A DNA stretch of 61,982 bases, filler included, from Hausera hauseri (lineage: Eukaryota): assembly GCA_046269625.1 (NCBI GenBank). It is 10 parts of 10 records of this genome, joined end to end, with 100 filler letters (N's around TTAATTAATTAA, not from the genome) between each part and the next. Parts side by side here need not be neighbours in the genome. Positions count along the whole stretch, not along the records: positions 12,776 to 21,991 come from JBJURY010428807.1; positions 22,092 to 27,321 come from JBJURY010303278.1; 8 more parts are not named here. One strand, 5' to 3'. The translations under genes and the position numbers were made by a program. Position 1 is the first letter of the stretch. Each line of letters begins with the position of its first letter. Shown here in pieces: positions 12,776-24,660 of this stretch. The notes beneath the pieces are model-generated. The model had not been told where the DNA came from and did no database searches. It saw only the letters and a list, made by a program, of their open reading frames with translations.

Positions 12776-13189
12776 ACAGCATTTTGTTTGTCTAACCCTA
12801 TTCGATGGTCAATTAAAACAGACTGCTCAACTTTTACGCATCTAACTAATAGTCTGATTTCTGACAAAAATATTACTGGCATAATTTTTATTTTCGCATC
12901 CTCTGATGATATTTTAGAATCATATCACAAGGATTTCTTATTAATTCTAAGTAGGTAGATGTGAGTGCACTGGCACAGCCGCCCCCCAGGATTGGAAATC
13001 AATATTCAATAATCGTACTTTTGAATTTTTGAGTTTTTAAATTTTTAAATTTTCAAAAAGTGCAGTATTGATTTTCGAAAGAGCAAAATTGATTTTTCGG
13101 TGCCAATTTCAAAATTTTTCGAAAACTTTCGGAAAAATGAAAAATATCTATTTTTTAATTCTCTATATGATGGTATTATTATAAAAATT

Positions 13190-13712
13190 TTTTCGAAAAA
13201 ATTTTTTTCGAACTCGAATATCTTTTCACCAAGTTTCCAAATAATTTTGGTTGGAAGGACAGAAATGTTCAGTTTTCCCAGCTCTATCGGATGGTATAGG
13301 TAGCAAGTCTGTAAGACGTAAAAAACCGACTATATAGCGATTCGAATATTTTGAAAAAAATTTTCAAAATGAAATATCTCGGCAAGGAAAAATCGTATTG
13401 AAGTGGGATCAAGTTTGCAGATGGAGAAAAACATTCTCTATCTTGCACACAAATTATTCGAAAAAATTTTTTCGAACTCGATATTTCGATTTACCGAGTT
13501 TTCAAATAATTTTGAGTACTGCATGAAAAATGTTTCGTTTTTTGAGTTTTATCGACTGGTACAGGTCGGAAGTCAGTATAACTTACGTTTCGAATATATA
13601 TATATATCGATTCGAATATATGGAAAAAAATTTCAAAACGAAATATCTCGGCAATGAAAAATCGAATTGACATGCGATCAAGTGGGTTAGATGCAGAAGA
13701 AAATTCTCTATC
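13190..13712. repeat. Two diverged ~265 bp tandem units inside a probable non-autonomous DNA transposon remnant (about 13020-13930)
   Basis: TTCGAAAAAATTTTTTCGAACTCG ... GAAATATCTCGGCAA(G/T)GAAAAATCG ... ATTCTCTA occurs twice. Confidence 0.75.
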
Positions 13713-13968
13713 AAGCACTTAAGAATGACGATTTTCAATTTAAGAAAAATTCGATTTTCAGTGCTTAAAATATTCGAAACGCAATAATTCACCCCTCCCC
13801 CCAAGTCGTATTGATCTGCGATTAAGTGTGTCGGAATCAGGAAAATATCCTCCATGAAATAAAATCAAAGTAATCGATTTCCAATTTTTTCGATAAAACT
13901 CGATTTTCGAATATTTTTTCGAATATTTTTTTTAATTTTGTCATGTATATGACGATATTTTATGGTTT

Positions 13969-14045
13969 AGCCCGAATGGGGTAATATGACCCTTTTTAGT
14001 TGTTGAAGATTAGCATAGATTGGACAACTGAGATCGCATTTTCCC
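13969..14045 (+). repeat. 77-bp exact direct repeat, copy 1 (copy 2 is the contig end 21915-21991)
   Basis: AGCCCGAATGGGGTAATATGACCC...GATCGCATTTTCCC identical; preceding base differs. Confidence 0.95.
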
Positions 14046-15249
14046 ACGAAGCGAAGCCAAACCTCCAAATGACGAGCATCAGCACGTGACAGAAGAACAA
14101 AATCAATCTTTGTAAAACTCTTGGCCATTTGATTGAAATACGAATTGCTAAAATTTGAGTCCCATCCTCAATTAAGTAAACAAGTAAGATTATTTATCCG
14201 TAACAGATAACGAAACGGTTCATTTTCCTCTGTTCCAGAAAAAGCATGTAAAGTACTAATCGTATTTGTCATTTTCGCGGCCATAACAGTAAAATTCCAC
14301 AATTTCAAATTACGATGTAGCTTCAAAAATATCTTAGATTTAAATTGTAACTAGAAATTTTCAAATTATAACTGACAACAAATTATTCGATAATGCATAG
14401 AATGAAGCAGAAACTGATTGATAAATTTCAAAAAAATGTCCGTTGATACAATGTATATAAACGCGTTTTTTGAATATCAAAACAACAAAAAATTAATAAA
14501 AAGATCGGGTGAATAAGACTATCATGCACTAACCCCCGCGACTCCGTTATTTTGATGTGGTACGCCGTTTTTGAGGAATTGTGAGAACGTGATGTTTTCT
14601 TAATTGAGAAATTTTCTTTTTCTAGAATGTACAAATTTATTGCAATAAATCTTGTTTTATGAAACTGAATAATTGACGACAATTTCTGTTACTTCCTATT
14701 TTACGTTATTCGTAAAATAATAATAAAACCTAACGGGAACTGTACAAAAATATATTCAAGAAAAATGAATTGCCTTTTGCTACTTGTTTCTTTACGGGCG
14801 TTTACTTAGTCATTATATACATCGAATTTCTGACTTAAGTAATTTATTCTTATTTTTAATCTCCAAGACAAATTCTGCCTTTGATGTATCCAGCATTTTT
14901 ACTATGATTTAATTGAACTGTATAATATTCATCATGATATCCACCATCTTTTAGATTAAATTCCGAATTGGAAAGTAATTCTTTGTAACGTAATGTTGTT
15001 GAGAAATGTTTTACATCAGATCGATAATTGGTGATGAGCATTAAGATATTGTGGTAATGAAATCGTTATAATGACACATGTCAATCTCTTTCCGTAAAAA
15101 TCCAGAAATTTTACGGAACTTAAGTTAGTTTCCGCATTATATTTTTATGCAGGACTATGAAAGACCGATGAATTCAGTGGGTATTTTTATGTGCTCTACA
15201 TGCTTTAGTTGGGCTTGTATTGTCATTCGTTACTTCCAACTTCAACCCA

Positions 15250-15488
15250 GGCTTTTCAACGACGATTATGAAACAAACGGTCAAGATTAAAAGATAGAAT
15301 AATTGGTAGTCTGATAAACAGCCAAATAAGAATATTGATTTTATTTGACACTAATATGAACTCTTCGGCTTCCAAAAAACACAGGACAAAAGGTAGAAGG
15401 CAGGACGAAAACCGTGCCGGCCTACCTGCACCAAACGGTGACTCTGTTTCCAAAAATGGAGGGTCATGTCCTAGAACGTTGCACTACA
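15250..15488 (-). repeat. 3' LTR of copy 3 (distal end uncertain)
   Basis: TGTAG start after purine tract; AATAAA near 15340. Confidence 0.55.
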
Positions 15489-18400
15489 TCACCCCCGTGG
15501 CAGAGAAGAAACTCTAAACCAAAACAGGAATAGGCAAAATTCATAAGAATGTTTGATATCCATTGGGTTTTGGTGTTTATAAGGCGTTGTATTCCTTCTA
15601 CGGATTTTTTCCTGCTTTAGGTAATAAATGCCACTCTGCATGCCTTATTTGATTGATTTGTGCTTGGCTGTTGAACGATATTTTGTGGTAGACGTTTTGT
15701 AAGGTTTTCTGATTTAATGTGCTGTGTTGCTTATGGTGAAGACGTTGAAGATGGTGAAGAGAATAAATCAAGCAAGAGAGACGAAGAAACTGAATGCGGT
15801 GGAAATGGTGAAAGAGGGGGAGAGAGGCTGGCTGAGAAAACGGAACAAGCAATGTAGGTACAGTAAGCGGTGCGGACGATGAGGATAATTTAGTGTGAGA
15901 GAAAATGATTGCTGCAACAGAGAGAAGTCGTGGAGAAAATTTGATGAAGCAATGGAAGGAGTGAGAGTTAAGTTAGGGTTGGAAGTAGAATCGGCATCCG
16001 GGTTGTCGTCAACGAAAAAAGCAGGCTTAAGATTCGAAATGTGAACGTTGTATGGTTTGTCTTGTCGTAAGATGGTAGCTTTATGAGATGAAAGGTGAAG
16101 CAGTTTGTATGGGCCAACATACTGAGGTTAAAAACCCGAATGTGATTGATCCTTCAGCCAAACAAACTTGGCTGAGTATAAATCCTCCGGAATGTACGAT
16201 TTCATATTGTTAAAAAGGCCACAGAAGGAGTCTAAGCTGACCTCAACAAAGCGAGACTGTGCCGCGCGAATGTTTTCGTCTGTCGGATTGTCGTCGAGGT
16301 CGGAAAGTTCGAACAGAGGACGTATTGGAGTCCCAAAAAGTGCCTCAGCTGGAGCACAACCCGTGGTGGTGGGAGGAGTGTTGCGCCACCCCAGTAGAAC
16401 AAATGGTAGGATGGATGTCCAATTGCGATGATTGTCTGTCAAGATTTTTAAAGAGATCTTCATTGTTTGATAGAACCTTTCAAGAAGGCCATTTGATTAT
16501 GGATGGTACAGTGTTATATGGAAATGTGATATCCCTAAGAGTTTAGCAAGCGATTTAAAGAGTTCCGATTCGAACTGCGGACCTTGGTCCGTTATGATGT
16601 GCCGTGGGGTCCAAAACGACTGATCCAGATTTTAATGAAGGCATCTGCTAGTGAATCAGTGTTTGCTGAACGGAGAGGAATGGCTTTAGGCCAGCGAGAA
16701 GCATGATCCATCACAGTGCGAATATGTTGATACCCGTTATCAGAAGGTAAGGATCCAACGAGATCAAGATGGACGGTATGAAAACGTGATGTACATGGGA
16801 AATGGTAAAGCGACGGTTTAAGATATTTGTTGACTTTGTATTTTTGACAGGCGACACATTCCTTAACCCAACCTTGTGCATCTGTGCGCATTGATGGCCA
16901 AAATGCATGACGTTGGAGAAAGTGAAACGTGGCTTTCGAGTCTGTATGATGAAGTGGATGCGTGTAAAAGAAAGCTGGTTTCTGCAAAGAAGGAGCGAGA
17001 ATGATTTTTTTATTACCGGTGTTAGATGTGTCGTATTCAAGGCCATCAATAATTTCGAAGGATTTAAAAGAGATAAGAATGTCAGCAGACGGCTGATTGA
17101 GCTTTAGAATTTCTGTAGAATATATTGGTTCAACCGTAATTGAGCCGATCGACCGCGACATGAAGTCCGCGACCAAATTCTCAGTACCTGAAATATACTT
17201 TATGACAAAACTAAATGTAAATAGGTACGATATCTGTCGTTCCTGCTTCGGTGATGGCTGTTTTAGTAACATGATGTGCAGCAGAGACTTGTCATCCGTT
17301 TGTATGATAAATGGACAAGAGAGAAGGATATGTTTTAAATGTTTTACTGCCAGAACTATGGCTAGTAGCTTATGATCAAATGTTGAATATTGGCTTTCTG
17401 GTTGTGTGAGTTTTCGAGAGTAAAATTCCAAAGGTTCATCGACGCCGTTGGAAATCTGGTGTAGTATTGCACCAGTATCTGTGGCAGAGGCATCGGTGGT
17501 AAGTATTAGCTCCGCGTCGGGTTTTGGATGGGTCAGTATTTCGACGGTTTTTAGGCCTTCACGTAAGTGACCGAATTTGGTGACTAAATCTGGAGTCTAT
17601 TGGATTAACTGTCTTTTCTTTCCAGATGAGAGGTGTGCGAAAGGTGCTGTAAGCTAAAAGCAATGCGGTACGTATTTATGGAAGAAATGTAGTGTGCCAA
17701 GAAAACTCCTCATATCTGTAGTGGTCGTTTGTTGTATTACATTTTTCAATTGCTGTAGTCGATCAGGTTGTGGAGAGTGGCCGTAATGAGTTATGATGTG
17801 GCCTAAGAAATTGACACGTTTATGAAAGAAGTTGCACTTGGAGAAGTTAAATTGTAAGTTGCTATGATGTAGTCTGTGAAAAATAATTCGGAGATGTTCA
17901 TGGTGTTGTTTGACGGAGTTGGAGGCAACTAATATGTCATCGATGTAAGGATAAGCAAAATCAAGACCTGAGAGAACGGTGTTGATGTGGCGTTGAAAAG
18001 TTTGAGCTGCGTTACGTAAACCGAATGGCATAAAGATGTATTTGTAAAGGCCAAATAGAATGATGACAGCAGTCTTTGGAATGTCATCAGGTGCAACGGA
18101 AATTTGATGGTAGGCTTTGTGCAGATCTATTGTGGAATACGTATTGGTGTTGTTAAGACTGTGCAGAATGTCTTTTATGATGGTCTCACCTTTTGTCTGA
18201 TAGGTCTCTGATGTTGGGTGACAATGTGTTGATAAGTTATTTAAGGAGACTTAAAACTAGAGTCCTTTTTGAGTATAGGAGAGCAAGAAGAAATGATTTA
18301 GGATTTGAGATTGGAATCTAGTGATAAAAATGATTGAGGCATATGATCAGAGGAGGCGGTGATTGTGATTTGCGAGGAACGAACGATATCGCCGCCGTCA

Positions 18401-20390
18401 ACATTCGGTTTAACGGATTGTTTTAAAATCGACTTCAATATTTGAGATGTAATTGAGAAAATAGATAAACTACTAGATGTATGGTTATCAACCGACAAGC
18501 AATTTGCCAAATTCACATGTGAGTTCGCATACTATGTGCATGTTGATCTGTCTGGTAGAAAATTGCTAACGTTCGCGACGGAGTCTTTACGTAGCAAACA
18601 GCCATACTTGCAGTCAACTAGCAGGTCGTGTGAGGCCAAAAAATCTGAGCTGATTATTGGCGATTTAATATTGGTCACGTGGAATTTCCAGAAAAAACTT
18701 GCCTGTTAAGTTTCAAAATGTGAAAACGAGTTCCATGGTACCTGCGATTCGCAAAGGTTGACCGCTGGCAGTGAAGAGCGGAGGAGAAGAAACTGCCGTT
18801 AATGTAGGGATGAAGGGAGGAGTAAAAAGGCAGCTCCTGAATCGATAAGGAAATCGATATGTGGAGCATTGCTAGAGAACAGTGTAACTTTTAACAGAAA
18901 AACTGCGGAGGAGGTGTTAAGACGGCCAGAAGACTCAGCAGTATTGTCTATGCCAGAATGTGTCGTAACATCTGGCGGCCTTTTAATTTTTTGAAGATTG
19001 TGGAGGAAAAGAAGATGACTGATAAGAAGAAGGAGAAGAAGAAGATGAAGAAAAATTGAAGTTGTTTTTGTAATATTTACATCCCGGAACCCACAATCTG
19101 GCTAGAGAGTGTAACTTTGTGTAATAAATACAGATAGGGCTGTCCACCGCATATCGCTCGTCATAAAATTTACAGTCCAAGAGACATTTTTCTGCGTTTC
19201 TACGAAATTTATTGTGATAAAAACAAATCATTCGTCCGCCGGGAGATTTAGAACGAAATGATTGCCTGGACAGGCTACGCTTACGCAATGCACGAGTCTC
19301 ATCTCACCGAGACATAGACAGATTACATAGTTGGGCTGTAATGGCGGAAATTGAATGTTGTAGAGTATCGTATTGTTTCCGCATTAATTGTAGTTGCTGT
19401 GCGCAAACAGTCGTGTCTACGTGCGATGGAGTATGCGTGGTTGCTGCAGCTATGAGTTGTGAGTTGTTAGTTTGCAAAATTTCGAAACTTTTATCAGCCA
19501 ATAGGGCAAGTTTTTCAATCGCCGTCGAGTCGTTAACGACAGTAAGGAGAGCTCTGATGGAAGTGGGCAAGGAGGAGAGGAAACAACGATGAATCAAGTC
19601 TGCATTGATGGTGGGAGTAATGCCAAGGCATTTAGGTGTAAAATAGAGGTCTGCAGAAAGTTAGAAGGCTTTTTATTGCCTATAGCATGTTCGTTAACGT
19701 ACTTCTGTATTATATTATCAATCGGTGGATCGGTAATATGAAGAACGAACTCATAAAGCATGTCATATGTTGTTGGAGAAGTAAGGATAGCAGCAAGGTT
19801 ATTTATATGATGCTTGATATTTGCTAGGAGAAGAAGTAACAAGCTGTTGGTGCGCAAGAAAGGTTCAGTAATATGATTGGCTTTAAGCCATTGTAAATGT
19901 AATTGTAGCCAAGTGCGGCTTGAATTAGTTTTATCGAGGAAGAACTCTGTGTAAGGAAGATTAGGAGAAGCAGATTGTGCAGATTTCGCAGGGCGACGAC
20001 CAGATCTTGTTTTGGAGGAATTTTGAACAGAAGGATCAGGGTCGGAACCACCCCGGATGTGAAAGTGAAGGGTGAAATGAATGATCGGAGAAGCGAAGGA
20101 AGAAAGTGAGTCAGACGGGTGTAGCACAGAACCATGATGCGACAAATAAAAGTCGGAGGTGTGTAGGAAAGAGGATAGAGACATATAGAGGGTGTAAGCA
20201 ATGTCCGTTTTACTAGTATGTATGGTAGAAATATGTGTTATTTTTAAAAACAAAAAAGAAAGGGGTTGACAAGTGATGCCAGAGGCATGTTGTGGCGCAC
20301 GGATTACGGATGCGCCCAGGTTTCCGACCAGATGATGTTCGGGCCTCATAGACGAAGGAGTAATTGCCACAACTGATCCGTGATGGCCAG
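15250..20390 (-). mobile_element. Degenerate CsRN1-like Ty3/gypsy element (copy 3)
   Basis: gag 19000-20050 with CHCC x2; RT MPFGLRNAAQTFQR/YIDD (17654-18031) with internal deletion near 18185; RH-IN 16128-17431; PPT GGGGGTGA then TGTAGTG LTR start at 15488; leader CCACAACATGCC shared with copy 1. Confidence 0.92.
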
Positions 20391-20394
20391 TGTT

Positions 20395-21640
20395 CATCGC
20401 AGACTGGTCAGGTTCTCCGTATGTGTCAACAAATTTAGAGAGTCGTGGATGTTTAATTAACCACACCTTATAATTCGAATAACCATAGAAAGCATCGATA
20501 TAACATGCATCATCGTCAATAAAAGGAATATCATCATAACTATCGCCAATTCGTAAATGGTTTTCCGCTTAAAACGGTGCCACTAAATCTGAATACAGAT
20601 CGTCATTATCAATAATCATAAAGGCGTCCTGTTAAATTTTCACCAATTCCGAATCCGTCTTTTTCAACAGATCGTCATATCCATCCAAATCCGGTGGTAC
20701 TATAGGTAATGAAAAATAAGTATTCGGTCGTGAATGCGTCGGTGATGGTGACGGTGATGTTTTTCGAAATATGGAGTTTGGTAACGTGTTACAGTAGTAA
20801 TCTTCGGAAAGTGTTTGTTTCTTGTTGGAAAATACCGATACGTAGAGTGAGGCAACGGTATGGCTCATTGCCATCTGATGGTTTGATATGAAATAGTCGT
20901 AGAGATCATCGGATATAATCGTACGAGTACAAGAATGGACATCGGATGAAATATCCAAATCACAAATGACTGCCAAATTGCGATTCAAAGTGGTGTTCTT
21001 ATTAACCAATAATTGCCCTGAAGAGTTTTGACAATGTTCTTATGCATCGTTTTATCGACCATCTCTTCTTCAATTTGATATGGAGTATTAGTCGTTTGTT
21101 TATTGTTGTTTCTATTCGGCATACATAATATTCGATTTAATATGAGAAACTGGTCCGAATGCGTTTCATAAAATTCCGATTTGTCTAATAATTCACTGTC
21201 AGAAATTGTTACATTATTGTCCAATGTAAAATCTCTTCTATGGGCAAATTACTCTGTTTTACGACATTATCGATGAGATCAATAGAGGTATTATTTCTCG
21301 TTGCTGTATTGGGTGGTATCTCGTAATCATTACCTACATCGTTCCGATTTACACACTCATGAAATATGTTTTCCACGTTTTTATTGAATATTTGAAGCGG
21401 ACTACCATATGACTCATAAACACACAAATTACGCGAGGAATTACTATTCATTGTTATTTTGTAATTACTACTACATTTTGGATACAGTAAATTTAAATCT
21501 GCGTCAATAATATCATAAGAATTTCGCGATGTGTCACACGTTAGATGATTTAATTCAAAATCATGATCGGTTTGGTTCTGTTTTTTGTTTTCATTTATGC
21601 GTTTGATTTTGTCACTTGATAATAAAATTGATTTCATTAA
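20395..21640 (-). pseudogene. Unknown AT-rich protein, disrupted
   Basis: Chained ORFs 21209-21637, 20985-21224, 20632-21009, continuing through stops to IGDSYDDIPF...FYGYSNY...YGEPDQS. Confidence 0.45.
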
Positions 21641-21914
21641 ATTTTCAGAATAATCATCGGCTTTGTATTTTTAATTATCTCATTTCTACAATCGGCAGTT
21701 TATTTTAACTGGTTCATGATCGACCTGTAAAAGTCCAAGTGACGTATGTAAATTGTCATCTGAAAATAAGGAATAATTTTATTCAGATCACTGCTTCTCT
21801 CAATTAATTTAATTTCGTTGGTGGTATTTTCTAATTGTAAATTATCACGTATTTTAATATCGCTGGCTTTTTCATTATGAATATTACAAAAAATGGAGTC
21901 GCTGGATTAAATGA

Positions 21915-21991
21915 AGCCCGAATGGGGTAATATGACCCTTTTTAGTTGTTGAAGATTAGCATAGATTGGACAACTGAGATCGCATTTTCCC
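21915..21991 (+). repeat. 77-bp exact direct repeat, copy 2 (contig terminus)
   Basis: Identical to 13969-14045. Confidence 0.95.
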
Positions 21992-22091
21992 NNNNNNNNN
22001 NNNNNNNNNNNNNNNNNNNNNNNNNNNNNNNNNNNTTAATTAATTAANNNNNNNNNNNNNNNNNNNNNNNNNNNNNNNNNNNNNNNNNNNN
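21992..22091. other. Artificial contig spacer
   Basis: N44-TTAATTAATTAA-N44. Confidence 0.98.
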
Positions 22092-23148
22092 TTAAAACGG
22101 CCCTCCACGGTCGGTGGTAGATGACCCTTCTTTTCTTCAACCTTAATTCCCATTTGTCTCATAACAGTTGGATGGGTTTCTATCTCTCTCACTCCGGTTA
22201 TATGCGTTACCGGTATGGCTAATTTCTTTATCATCCTCTCTACTTGATACCCCACTAAGATGTATCCATAGAGGCATTGTGCTACTTTTTGTTGCACTAA
22301 ATCGGAATCCTTTCCATGGTTTAATTGTTCTCTTTTAATCCCGGTAACTTCTGCATAAGTTTGTAGCACTTTCTTTCTCGGGTTAATGATTTTCGAATAG
22401 ACCTCGGCACAGTTTTCTTCTCGGATGGATATTTCGATCGGAATATAATTTCCCTCTTCTCCTTTCCCATAATTTATTGCTACCATTCTGATATTCCTTT
22501 CATCGGCCACCAATCTAAACGAATGTAGATGTGCGTCCTGTTCGTCCTCCATGGGCCTTTGTCTAAATTCTAAGGGCGGCAATGAGACGATTATTATCTC
22601 CTCTTCAGTCGTCTCGATCATCATCTTTACAGGTAAGGCGGTCTCACGAAATTCCAGTTCGTAGTTATGGAGATTCCTACTGTCAAATACAAATGTGCTG
22701 AACCGGGTTTGCCTTCCTTGGAAAGAGTCCCATTTTTGATCTTTCAATTAATAATAAATTTCCCCGTCGGCCAAGTGCACATATATCTTCTGTTCTTTAT
22801 CCGTTTGATACTGAGTGATCTGTATGAAGGAGTATTCCCTAGCATCTTTGTCCTCCCTCCATGCGTACAAGTATACCGCTCTGGCCTTCTCGGTTGTCCC
22901 TTTTAACCCATTTGGTATCTCTCCAACTTTCCCATACTGAACGAAGCTTTTTCCTTGTAACTCCGTACTGATTTGCCTATAGATGGCCTTTGAGTTCGGT
23001 ATTCGCACTGTTACATACCGCCGTAAAAATTTGTCAATACTAAGTCTACTTGTGTTTTCCTCATTGTCGACGCTAAGTCGGCTCGTGATTTCCTTGGCGT
23101 CGATTCTAATTTGGCTTTGGTCCATATGGATCTGACTACTTCCAAATC
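22092..23148 (-). pseudogene. ORF3 N-terminal half: unknown domain plus REX4/ISG20-like DEDDh exonuclease fold
   Basis: 22748-23125 and 22092-22747 are one frame split by a single TAA (Arg in copy H); VYSKIINP..VTGIKREQL..VQQKVAQCLYGYILVGY. Confidence 0.72.
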
Positions 23149-23245
23149 TAAAATAGAAAACATAAATGTTAATCTTAAAACAAAGGATGGTTTTAAACCA
23201 AAACCAATTCTTTGTTTTATGACAGAATAACCTGATCTGTAATTG

Positions 23246-24660
23246 TCAGGTTATTTTATCATACGGATCTATAGGGTTTTCCAATTCCCTTAATTCCCAT
23301 TCTGCATTTTTATGACGCTCAGAATAAGAGTATTTGGTAAATAATCGAAAAATCGCAATTAATGTAATGAGAACAAACGTTGACAGTATAAAGATGGACA
23401 TGATCGGCAGTGTAGTTAATCCATTTGGCGCTTGTGTGGTGATTAGCGTTGTGATTTCCTCGTCTATATTCTCATGTGTATGCGACTCGGCACGAATTTC
23501 ACCTAGGATATGTAATGTAATGGTTTGCTTTTGTTTATTTGTTGCATGTACTTGCACTATGTATTCGGTTTGTGGGTTTAATAAATTGCAATCTGTTTGA
23601 TAAGTATCTTTAAATAGCGTCATGATTTGATTATTATATGTTGTTCGACAACTTATGTATATATTGTAGTTTTGTCTCTCTTCCACAAAGAACACAATCT
23701 TAGATCGGTATGCCGAATATTTAATAGGAATGCTCCCTAATTCTCTCCTAAGTACACTGCCCGACGTAGCGATTGTTGCAATGGCAACAACTCAAGTGGT
23801 TGGTTCCTAGTGGTCAATTCTACTGTGATTTTGCATATTCTATTTTCCGGATAATAAGTTCGTAATTGTATGCTTGGTTTATTAGGTCTCACTTCGTATA
23901 AATGAAATTTTATTTTAAACTCTTGATTCACGGGTAGTTTGCAACAAGGGTGTTGCATACCTGCGCGAATAGAACAATATTCTATTTTCGGGGTTGGTTT
24001 CCTTTTTGCTTCAAATGTGATGCTGATTTCTAGGTTGACATGCTACCTCTGTTTTGGCATCTACTTGGATGCATTGTTTTTGCTTGTTTTTAGATATTCT
24101 CCGAATATTTTGGTCTAACAGTCTCACATCTGGGTTGGTAGATCGTAGCAATTCATTGGGTTTTACTCCATGATGTCTGTTCCACGCAGGGATGACTAAT
24201 TGAAAGGGTGGTTATACTTTAATATAAACTTCGGCTGAGTCTGGTAAGTATAGATGATAGTTAAGGTTATATATATATATGCCAAAAATCTATATTGCAA
24301 CACTGCGTATTTTCTCCTGGCTCAAAATCACAATTCTTCGCTTCCTTTGTTGTTACATCATATAAACCAACTTGAAATCTTCCGAAATCGTTGTGTGGTT
24401 TCCAATTCTTAAATCCAACACATACGGTTTTGGTGAGTAATAATAAATTGTCATTGATTGTAATAATTTAGCATCTTCTTTTCTTCGGATATCTTTGGCT
24501 GTTGGTTTATTTTCCGTTTTAATCGGTTCCGATTTTGATCCGCTCTTCCGAATTCCGTATATATCTCCTAACGTAGACTCATTGTGCCGTCATTGGGCTT
24601 GTGTCCTCGGAATATAAGAAGCAATTAACGATAATGCTAGAACTACCTAAACGTACGAGA
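23246..24660 (-). pseudogene. Type I membrane protein with FN3-like repeats in env position, disrupted
   Basis: Hydrophobic VVLALSLIASY signal; Cys-patterned beta-rich repeats; LNPQTEYIVQVHATN FN3 motif; TM IMSIFILSTFVLITLIAIF; tail PYDKIT. Confidence 0.75.

Noticed and set aside
13020-13930. CRISPR-like array
   Set aside because: Long diverged tandem units without constant short repeats or unique spacers; eukaryotic context and no cas genes.
896-19592. Numerous short plus-strand ORFs over the gypsy elements
   Set aside because: Antisense shadows of pol and gag with no recognisable motifs.
19594-20466. 290-aa ORF as a single extended gag
   Set aside because: It is a chance fusion of the orphan ORF tail, the element leader and gag across a truncation junction near 20395.
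23246-24660. Errantivirus-type (baculovirus F) env
   Set aside because: No RxxR furin site followed by a fusion peptide or heptad region seen; an FN3-type motif is present instead.
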